A DNA stretch of 64,000 nt from an uncultured SAR86 cluster bacterium (GTDB lineage: Bacteria > Pseudomonadota > Gammaproteobacteria > Magnimaribacterales > D2472): contig CACJBC010000002.1 in assembly GCA_902591565.1 (NCBI GenBank), forward strand, positions 12,114-76,113, given 5' to 3'. Under the pieces are notes generated by a model. The model was given only the letters and a program-made list of their open reading frames with translations, searched no databases and had not been told where the DNA came from. This document shows, piece by piece, positions 57,364-64,000 of this stretch. Numbering within the stretch: position 1 is the first letter of the stretch; each line of letters opens with the position of its first letter. A program made the position numbers and the translations under genes.

Positions 57364-57732
57364 ATGAACGAAATAGATATTAAAAAATTACTTCAAGAAG
57401 CTAATGACTGTGTTCCAAGAGTATCTTTCGAAGAAGCAATTAATATCATCTCTTCAACAAATACTTTAATAATAGATGTTCGAGAGACTTCTGAGATAGA
57501 AGCAACAGGATTAATCAAAAATGCAGTCAATATACCCAAAAGTATCATTGATACTAATTTTGATCATTCACTAATCATGAATCATATGAATGACAATGAA
57601 GATATAACTATTTTGGTTTATTGTGCAGTAGGGATAAGATCTGCCTTCGTAGGATATTTTCTTTTAAATCAAGGATATAAGAATGTTTTTAATTTAGGTG
57701 GTTATGCTGAATGGGTTGAAAACAACAAATAA
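57364..57732 (+). CDS. single-domain rhodanese (sulfurtransferase), cytoplasmic
   Basis: 122 aa with active-site loop CAVGIRS. The start is 2 nt after the EamA stop. Confidence 0.75.
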   Translation: MNEIDIKKLLQEANDCVPRVSFEEAINIISSTNTLIIDVRETSEIEATGLIKNAVNIPKSIIDTNFDHSLIMNHMNDNEDITILVYCAVGIRSAFVGYFLLNQGYKNVFNLGGYAEWVENNK

Positions 57733-57745
57733 TTTTTTAAGCATA

Positions 57746-57822
57746 TGGTGCGCCCGGGAAGATTCGAACTCCCGACCCCTTGGTTCGAAGCCAAGTACTC
57801 TATCCAACTGAGCTACAGGCGC
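57746..57822 (-). tRNA. tRNA-Arg (anticodon UCG)
   Basis: The reverse complement is GCGCCTGTAGCTCAGTTGGATAGAGTACTTGGCTTCGAACCAAGGGGTCGGGAGTTCGAATCTTCCCGGGCGCACCA. Anticodon stem CTTGG/CCAAG, loop CTTCGAA. Close to E. coli tRNA-Arg. Confidence 0.93.
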
Positions 57823-57844
57823 AAAGATGAGTATTATATTCTTT

Positions 57845-57879
57845 TATTCAAGAAAGAGCTTGGTCATCACCAATTTGGT
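57845..57879 (+). repeat. direct repeat copy 1 (35 nt, 27 nt perfect core TATTCAAGAAAGAGCTTGGTCATCACC)
   Basis: Aligned by eye with 60049-60083; two mismatches. Confidence 0.85.
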
Positions 57880-57893
57880 TAAAATCATTTTAA
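57845..57893 (+). pseudogene. relic of the 3' end of a DUF3604-type gene
   Basis: Reads ...IQERAWSSPIWLKSF-stop. 33 of 35 nt are identical to 60049-60083 inside the intact DUF3604 gene. The frame is closed by TGA at 57828-57830, so only the last ~20 codons remain. Confidence 0.6.
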
Positions 57894-57996
57894 TATCCTC
57901 ACTTATTAAAGCATAATCAATACGCACTTAATTTGATTGACTATGGTTAATCAAGTTGATTTAATTAATGTAAATATACATTTGGGGGGATTCAGT

Positions 57997-60147
57997 ATGA
58001 AATCAATTTTAATAAAGCTCTTAATAGCTATACCAGTAATCTATTTAGCTTTATTAGTTGGCTTATGGTCATCGGTAAATGATTCAAGGCCAATGCTTAG
58101 CCTCCTAGATATGTTGAGATCAGATAGCGCTACTGAAATCATAAACTTTTCATCTGATGAAAAAAAATCATCTAAACCAAAACCAAAACCTAACAAAGAT
58201 AGAAATCCTTATTATGGCGATCTTCATGTTCATACTAAGCACTCTTTTGATGCCTATATATTTGGTGTTACAGCAACACCCAATGATGCATATAGATATG
58301 CTAAAGGAGAGGGAATTATGCATCCCATGGGATACGAGATGAAATTACAAGAACCATTAGATTTTTATTCAGTAACTGATCATGGTTTCTTTATGGGTAT
58401 GTTAAATGCTTGGGCAGATACCTCAACTGATATTTCTCAAAAAGATTTTGCTAAACCTTTTCACGACTTAAATGAAATAGAAAATATAACACCTGAATCT
58501 GCCGGCCCAAGATCAGCGCTGTTTAGTACAATTCTGGGAGGAACAATAACTGAACCTTACTCGGATTTCAGTCCTAGTGTGCTGAAAGCTTGGCTTACAA
58601 AAAATACTCAAGTTGCCTTAAGATCTTTTGACTATGAAATTCATAAATCAGCCTGGGAAGATGTAGCTAAAGCTGCTAATGAGCATAATGATCCTGGTCA
58701 TTTCACAACATTTATTGGATATGAATTTACAACCTCAACGAATATTGAGGGTGGTAACTTGCATAGAAATGTTATTTTTAATTCATCAAAGGCTCCCATA
58801 AGGCCTTGGACAAGAATAGATTCAATAAATCCAGAGGATTTATGGACGTGGCAAGATAAATTACGAGATAAAGGTGTTGATACTGTATCAATACCTCATA
58901 ATCCAAATGGATCAAATGGTCAGATGTTTGAAATGGAAACGTTTTATTCCGATCCAATTAATAGAGAATATGCTGAAAAAAGAATGCGAAATGAACCTAT
59001 AGTTGAGGTTACTCAAGTAAAAGGTACTTCAGAGACGCATCCTTTGCTTTCACCAGATGATGAATGGGCTGATTTTGAAATAATGGATGTGAGAGTGGGA
59101 AGTAGGCCGCCAACTTATAGTAAGCCATCAGGTAGCTATGTTAGAGAAGCTTATTTAAACGGATTAACATTAGAATTTACCAAACAAGGTAATCCTTATA
59201 AATTTGGTCTTATTGGTTCTTCTGATACTCATACCGGTGCTGGTGCTTTTGATGAATCAAATTATTGGTCTAAGGTTGGTATTCTTGATGGCGATCCTGA
59301 AAATAGAGGGTCTGCACCATTAACTCCTGAGAACATTCAAAGAATGGATGATTACATGAGAGCATTTAATCAACCAAGAAGTACTGTTAGTTTAGAGCAG
59401 GGTGAATATGCAAATACTGGTTTCACGCAATGGGGTGCCTCAGGTCTGGCTGCTGTCTGGGCAGAAGAAAATACTAGAGATTCAATATTTAAAGCTTTTA
59501 AAAGAAAAGAAACTTTTGCAACAACAGGAGCTCGGATTGCAGTTCGTTTCTTTGGCGGCTTTAACTTATCTAGTATAGATCTAAACTCTGAGATGCTTGT
59601 AAGCCAAGCCTATCAAAATGGAGTAACCATGGGTTCTGATTTAGTAGGTGATGGTGACAAAACCCCTGAATTTATAGTTTGGGCACAAAGAGATAAAAAT
59701 GGAGCAGCGCTTCAAAGAGTGCAAATCATAAAGGGTTGGATTGATGCAGCCGGCAGAACTCATGAAAAAGTTTATGATGTTGTGTGCTCTGATGGTCTTC
59801 AAGTCGATCTGATAACAAACAGATGTCCAGATAATGGAGCTAAAGTTAATATCAATGATTGCTCTATAACTCAAAATACTGGCTCGTCAGAATTAAAAGC
59901 AAAATGGATTGATCCAGATTTTGATAACGAAACTAAATCTTTTTATTATGCAAGAGTATTAGAAAATCCTACTTGCAGATGGAGTACATGGGATGCAATA
60001 AGCAGAGGCTTTAAACCAAGAGAAGATTTGCATGATACTATTCAAGAAAGAGCTTGGTCATCACCTATATGGTACATTCCACCAGCAAGTGATGTTGATG
60101 TCGTTCCTCTTGGAGGAACAGTAAGAATGATCAATTTAAGTACTTAA
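57997..60147 (+). CDS. exported DUF3604-family protein (PHP-like metal-dependent hydrolase fold)
   Basis: GGGGGA SD and ATG 57997 give a signal/TM N-terminus. YYGDLHVHTKHSFDAY PHP-like His motif and C-terminal ERAWSSPIWY block. The TTG 57937 extension is rejected. Confidence 0.8.
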   Translation: MKSILIKLLIAIPVIYLALLVGLWSSVNDSRPMLSLLDMLRSDSATEIINFSSDEKKSSKPKPKPNKDRNPYYGDLHVHTKHSFDAYIFGVTATPNDAYRYAKGEGIMHPMGYEMKLQEPLDFYSVTDHGFFMGMLNAWADTSTDISQKDFAKPFHDLNEIENITPESAGPRSALFSTILGGTITEPYSDFSPSVLKAWLTKNTQVALRSFDYEIHKSAWEDVAKAANEHNDPGHFTTFIGYEFTTSTNIEGGNLHRNVIFNSSKAPIRPWTRIDSINPEDLWTWQDKLRDKGVDTVSIPHNPNGSNGQMFEMETFYSDPINREYAEKRMRNEPIVEVTQVKGTSETHPLLSPDDEWADFEIMDVRVGSRPPTYSKPSGSYVREAYLNGLTLEFTKQGNPYKFGLIGSSDTHTGAGAFDESNYWSKVGILDGDPENRGSAPLTPENIQRMDDYMRAFNQPRSTVSLEQGEYANTGFTQWGASGLAAVWAEENTRDSIFKAFKRKETFATTGARIAVRFFGGFNLSSIDLNSEMLVSQAYQNGVTMGSDLVGDGDKTPEFIVWAQRDKNGAALQRVQIIKGWIDAAGRTHEKVYDVVCSDGLQVDLITNRCPDNGAKVNINDCSITQNTGSSELKAKWIDPDFDNETKSFYYARVLENPTCRWSTWDAISRGFKPREDLHDTIQERAWSSPIWYIPPASDVDVVPLGGTVRMINLST
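60049..60083 (+). repeat. direct repeat copy 2 (inside the DUF3604 coding sequence)
   Basis: See copy 1. Here it encodes TIQERAWSSPIWY. Confidence 0.85.
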
Positions 60148-60170
60148 ATTTAATAATCTTAAACGATAAA

Positions 60171-60965
60171 TTGAAATACAAAGTTTTAATATTTTTTGTT
60201 ATTGGAATTTGCTTGTACCTGGTCGATACAGCAATGAGTGCTGATGAAGATAAAAATATATTTGTTTCAGATCAAGAAATCCTTAGTTTAATTAGTGCAT
60301 GGAAATCACAGGTTGGCAGAGACCCAACTGATGATGAGCTAGTAAGAATAATTAATAATTTAATTGATGAGGAAATTCTCTATAGAGAAGCACTTCTTTT
60401 AGGATTAGATCAAGAAGATACGATTATCAAGAGGAGGCTTGCTCAAAAGATTTCATTCTTAAAAGAAGAATCTATTCCTGAGATTCCAACTACTGAAGAG
60501 CTAAAAAAGTATTATGAAAATAATAAAGAAAAGTATTATATCGAACCTTCTTTTACATTCACTCATTATTATTTTTCAGAAAACAATAATTCAGTTGAAA
60601 GGTCTCAACAAGCCATAAAAGCACTTCAAGATAATTACAAAGTTAAATCAGATCCATTTTATTTGGGTAAAACTTTTGCAAACGAGCCGTTGAGAAATAT
60701 AAATACTAATTTTGGCAAAACTTTTAGTAAAGAATTAATAGAAGCAGATCTCAATCAATGGAATGGTCCGTTTGAATCTACTTACGGACATCATATTGTT
60801 TATATAAACTCTGTTAACCCAGGATATATTCCTGAAATAGAAGAGGTATTAAGACAGGTAGAGGTTGATTTTTTACAAATAAAAAGAGAGCAAGCAGTAA
60901 AAGAGTTTTTAAATAATATCAGATCGGAATACACAATTTTTATAAACCCAGATCTTAAATTTTAA
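60171..60965 (+). CDS. membrane-anchored parvulin/SurA-like peptidyl-prolyl isomerase-like protein
   Basis: N-terminal TM, SurA-N-like helical region, and a degenerate PpiC block (WNGPFESTYGHHIVYINSV). TTG start with no clear SD. Confidence 0.55.
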   Translation: MKYKVLIFFVIGICLYLVDTAMSADEDKNIFVSDQEILSLISAWKSQVGRDPTDDELVRIINNLIDEEILYREALLLGLDQEDTIIKRRLAQKISFLKEESIPEIPTTEELKKYYENNKEKYYIEPSFTFTHYYFSENNNSVERSQQAIKALQDNYKVKSDPFYLGKTFANEPLRNINTNFGKTFSKELIEADLNQWNGPFESTYGHHIVYINSVNPGYIPEIEEVLRQVEVDFLQIKREQAVKEFLNNIRSEYTIFINPDLKF

Positions 60966-61915
60966 TGAAAAAATTATTATCTTTTTTTCTATTAATCGGT
61001 TCCTTTAATCTTTTCTCTCATGAATTTAATCCGGCTCATTTAATTATCAATCAGTCTGATAATAATCAAATTTCTTATGATGCTACATGGATGTATCCCG
61101 TTAAAAATATAGGAAAAAGAGCTGATGTTATCTTTCCGGATATATGCACTCCAACAGGTTCAGATCCATTTGTTCAAGGAAAGTATATTATTGAGAAAAT
61201 TTCTCTTGACTGTAATGAATCTATTAAAGGAAGGTTTATAGAAATTGTTAATCTAAGTGTTCTAACCGATGCATTAGTAACTATAAATTTTCAAGGTGAT
61301 ACCTTTGAGGGGCTGGTTAATGTTCAAAGAAATAAAATAAAAATTCCATTAGTTGAACAATATTATCCAACAGCATATTTATATCTTGGTGTTGGTCATT
61401 TATTTGACGGGCTTGATCATATTTTATTTATATTTGGTTTACTATTTTGTATTAGCGGTCTAGTAAATATTATAAAGACTATAACTGCATTTACAGTTGC
61501 TCATAGCATTACTTTAGGTCTTTCTGTCTATGACCTTATTTATCTGCCTCAAGGCACAGTAGAAGCTCTTATTGCGTTGACGATAGTTTATTTAGCCTTA
61601 GAAATTAATGATAGTGATAAACAACTTAAAACACCTTGGTTAATGGCTTTTAGCTTTGGCTTACTTCACGGTCTAGGTTTCGCAGGTGCATTAAGTGATA
61701 TAGGGATTGCCAATGATCAAATGCTGTTGTCATTGTTATTTTTTAATGTTGGTATTGAATTAGCACAAATAGCACTTATTCCAATTCCTTTAATATTGAT
61801 TTATGTTGCTTCAAAGATTAATTTTCAGAATTATCTACAAATAACAGCAAGTTTATGTATTGGTGGCATGGGTTTTTATTGGTTTATAGACCGTGTAATT
61901 GGTATCATTCTTTAA
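60965..61915 (+). CDS. HupE/UreJ-family membrane protein
   Basis: Signal peptide plus a soluble N-domain beginning with His (SHEFNPAH), then a 5-6 TM block containing GVGHLFDGLDHILFIFGLLF. TAATG overlap with the upstream gene. Confidence 0.7.
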   Translation: MKKLLSFFLLIGSFNLFSHEFNPAHLIINQSDNNQISYDATWMYPVKNIGKRADVIFPDICTPTGSDPFVQGKYIIEKISLDCNESIKGRFIEIVNLSVLTDALVTINFQGDTFEGLVNVQRNKIKIPLVEQYYPTAYLYLGVGHLFDGLDHILFIFGLLFCISGLVNIIKTITAFTVAHSITLGLSVYDLIYLPQGTVEALIALTIVYLALEINDSDKQLKTPWLMAFSFGLLHGLGFAGALSDIGIANDQMLLSLLFFNVGIELAQIALIPIPLILIYVASKINFQNYLQITASLCIGGMGFYWFIDRVIGIIL

Positions 61916-61937
61916 TAGATTCTGAATAGTTAACAAA

Positions 61938-63137
61938 ATGCTTAATTTTTCAAACACAAATGTTCTTCTTTGCGTTACCGGAGGAATAGCCGCATATAAG
62001 TCTGCTGAAATTATTCGTTTATTTAAAAAAGATGGAGCAGATGTAAGAGTTGTGATGACAGAATCAGCAAAGGAATTTATAACTCCTTTAACCCTGCAAG
62101 CTGTTTCTGGAAATGAAATACATGATTCACTATTAGATGTAAAAGCTGAATCTGCAATGGGCCACATAGAATTAGCTAAATGGGCAGATATTATATTAAT
62201 TGCACCATGCACAGCAGAATCTTTAGCAAAGATCACCCATGGTAGAGCAGACGACTTAATGGGATCTGTAATTTTAGCTTCAAATGCAACTTCATATATA
62301 GCACCTGCTATGAATACAACTATGTGGCTTGATAAAAGCACCCAAGAAAATTTTCAAACACTTCTCTCTAGAGGTATGAATTTTATTGGTCCAGATGAGG
62401 GTGAGCAAGCTTGTGGTGATGTTGGGCCAGGAAGACTTGTTGAGCCTGAAAAAATAGTTGAGTTAATTAAGTCTGATTTACACAAAGGCCCTTTATCTGG
62501 AAAAACTATAACTATTACAGCTGGCCCAACAAGAGAACAAATAGATCCAGTGAGGTATATATCAAATAATAGCTCAGGAAAAATGGGTTACGCCCTTGCA
62601 GAAGCAGCAAAACTTCAAGGTGCAAATGTAAATCTTGTCAGCGGTCCTGTATCGTTAACAGCTAACAAAGGAATAAATCTTTTTAAAATCAATTCTGCTG
62701 CTGAAATGCTTAATAAAGTTATTGAATGCATGGAATCATCTGATATTTTTATATCTTGCGCAGCTGTTGCTGATTTTAAGCCAGCTAATTATTCAGATAC
62801 AAAAATTAAGAAAGAAGATTCAGAAAGCCTTGAAATTAATTTAGAAAAAAATCATGACATTTTGTCTGAGGTGTCTAAACGTCATAACTCAGCTTATATT
62901 GTTGGATTTGCTGCGGAAACTGCAAATGTAAATGATAATGCAAATAAGAAATTAAATTCAAAAAACCTTAATATGATTATTTCTAATGATGTATCAGATA
63001 AAACTATAGGCTTTGATTCAGATGATAATGAAGTCCATGTTATTACAGAAAATGAAACTATTTTTCTAAAAAAAGATAAAAAAATTAAAATTGCTCGTGA
63101 AATATTAAATATAATCGCTCTAAATATTAAATCTTAA
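61938..63137 (+). CDS. coaBC: bifunctional phosphopantothenoylcysteine decarboxylase / phosphopantothenate-cysteine ligase
   Basis: Collinear with E. coli Dfp: VTGGIAAYKSAE, MGHIELAKWADIILIAP, ITAGPTREQIDPVRYISNNSSGKMG, CAAVADF, VGFAAET. Confidence 0.92.
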   Translation: MLNFSNTNVLLCVTGGIAAYKSAEIIRLFKKDGADVRVVMTESAKEFITPLTLQAVSGNEIHDSLLDVKAESAMGHIELAKWADIILIAPCTAESLAKITHGRADDLMGSVILASNATSYIAPAMNTTMWLDKSTQENFQTLLSRGMNFIGPDEGEQACGDVGPGRLVEPEKIVELIKSDLHKGPLSGKTITITAGPTREQIDPVRYISNNSSGKMGYALAEAAKLQGANVNLVSGPVSLTANKGINLFKINSAAEMLNKVIECMESSDIFISCAAVADFKPANYSDTKIKKEDSESLEINLEKNHDILSEVSKRHNSAYIVGFAAETANVNDNANKKLNSKNLNMIISNDVSDKTIGFDSDDNEVHVITENETIFLKKDKKIKIAREILNIIALNIKS

Positions 63138-63139
63138 CT

Positions 63140-63955
63140 ATGTCAGCTCAATCGGATAAAAAACAAACTACGTTATCTTCATTAAAAAAAATGAAAGAGG
63201 TGGGAGAAAAATTCACCTGTTTAACATCTTATGAATCGACATTGACTTCAAAAATATGCGATGCAGGGATAGATGTCGTCCTTGTTGGTGATAGTCTTGG
63301 TATGGTAATTCAGGGCCATGACAGTACATTACCTGTAACAATGGATCAGCTAATTTATCACTTAGAGTGTGTGGTTAAAGGTAATAAAGGAGCTCATATA
63401 ATGGCTGATATGCCATTTATGAGTTATGCAACTGATGATATGGGTCTTGAGAATGCGAAAAGGCTCATGCAAGCAGGTGCAAATTCAATAAAAATTGAGG
63501 GTGGAGAGTGGATTGCTAAAATGGCATCTATGTTAGCGGATAGAGGAATACCTGTATGTGCTCACATGGGGCTTACACCACAGGCTATAAATAGAATAGG
63601 TGGTAACTTTGTTCAAGGAAGAGATCCAGAAAAACATGAATTAATTATTAATGAAGCTAAATCTCTTGAAGAAGCTGGAGCTTCTTTATTGCTTCTTGAA
63701 TGTGTGCCAGACGGATTGACTAAATTAATTATGAACGAGATATCAATTCCTGTAATTGGTATTGGTGCTGGATCAGCAACTGATGGTCAAGTAATGGTAG
63801 TTCATGATTTACTTGGTATTTCATGTTTAGACAAATTGCCAAAATTTGTAAAAAACTTTATGGATGAATCTAGTTCAATTCAAGAAGCTCTGGCTAATTA
63901 TGTTAAAGAGGTTAAATCTGGGAATTTCCCTGCAGAAGAACATACTTTTTATTAA
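63140..63955 (+). CDS. panB: 3-methyl-2-oxobutanoate hydroxymethyltransferase
   Basis: Collinear with E. coli PanB: VLVGDSLGMVIQGHDSTLPVT, IKIEGGEW, HMGLTPQ, LLECVP, IPVIGIGAG. Confidence 0.92.
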   Translation: MSAQSDKKQTTLSSLKKMKEVGEKFTCLTSYESTLTSKICDAGIDVVLVGDSLGMVIQGHDSTLPVTMDQLIYHLECVVKGNKGAHIMADMPFMSYATDDMGLENAKRLMQAGANSIKIEGGEWIAKMASMLADRGIPVCAHMGLTPQAINRIGGNFVQGRDPEKHELIINEAKSLEEAGASLLLLECVPDGLTKLIMNEISIPVIGIGAGSATDGQVMVVHDLLGISCLDKLPKFVKNFMDESSSIQEALANYVKEVKSGNFPAEEHTFY

Positions 63956-63961
63956 GATATC

Positions 63962-64000
63962 TTGAAAATTATCTCCGCATATCAAGAATTTAAAGAATTT
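63962..64000 (+). CDS. panC: possible 5' end of pantoate-beta-alanine ligase (runs out of window)
   Basis: A TTG-initiated frame (L/M)KIISAYQEFKEF stays open to the window edge. The panB-panC order is common and the peptide resembles typical PanC N-termini. Only 13 codons are visible. Confidence 0.3.
   Translation, partial: MKIISAYQEFKEF

Noticed and set aside
54943-57822. Integrated mobile element between tRNA-Ser and tRNA-Arg
   Set aside because: There is no integrase, recombinase, transposase or phage gene, and I found no direct repeat of the tRNA-Ser 3' end downstream. It is reported only as a possible eroded islet, not as a mobile element.
57937-57996. TTG-initiated 20-codon extension of the DUF3604 ORF
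   Set aside because: ATG 57997 has a GGGGGA Shine-Dalgarno 6 nt upstream and yields a proper signal/TM N-terminus. The extension has neither.
61853-62341. 162-aa ORF on the minus strand
   Set aside because: It lies entirely antisense to the 5' part of coaBC, which aligns collinearly with E. coli Dfp, and overlaps the HupE-like gene end. It has no motifs and is judged a shadow ORF. The same applies to the other short antisense ORFs embedded in well-supported genes: 1505-1690, 1715-1909, 2324-2575, 3782-3973, 5747-5932, 7736-7966, 9869-10165, 10722-10907, 10969-11184, 11449-11658, 15642-15881, 16606-16851, 17510-17698, 17811-18017, 20373-20636, 21324-21524, 27805-28158, 34019-34300, 37117-37407, 40807-41001, 42074-42292, 45849-46067, 46227-46445, 48926-49132, 50140-50607, 52233-52436, 53212-53406, 55739-55930 and 59641-59874.

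Overview
The window is visibly AT-rich (roughly one third G+C by eye, not computed), very tightly packed chromosomal DNA. Gene order and motifs point to a streamlined marine gammaproteobacterium: tgt-yajC-secD-secF, divergent suhB/trmJ, E. coli-like tdk, yadGH-like ABC-2 pair, type II queF, coaBC-panB, and a gamma-type LexA box. A SAR86-like lineage is only an inference. I support about 60 protein-coding genes, six tRNAs (Glu-UUC, Gly-GCC, Ala-GGC, Ser-GGA, Arg-UCG on the minus strand) and several clear rho-independent terminators. I found no rRNA, CRISPR array, transposase, integrase or prophage genes. Content is mostly housekeeping plus nutrient scavenging. There are two very large TonB-dependent receptors, each followed by an exported peptidase (an M64-like lipoprotein and an S9 peptidase). 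There are also a MacAB-like efflux set, an MMPL/RND exporter, malate synthase G and alanine dehydrogenase. A MoxR-VWA pair is translationally coupled to a permease, an ABC-2 exporter and queF. The points most worth a second look are: (1) a near-consensus LexA box inside a promoter that would fire on the ATG of an unknown 69-codon ORF, followed by a roughly 200-nt structured leader or sRNA ahead of an EamA-rhodanese pair; (2) a recurring -10 hexamer 6 nt before the ATG, suggesting widespread leaderless mRNAs; (3) a 35-nt nearly identical copy of the DUF3604 gene 3' end lying upstream of that same gene (a gene relic); (4) a SuhB homologue with a broken metal-binding motif; (5) conserved-looking clusters of unknown function (DUF3604-PPIase-HupE and MoxR-VWA-permease). 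All functional calls rest on my recognition of motifs in the supplied translations. No database search was run.
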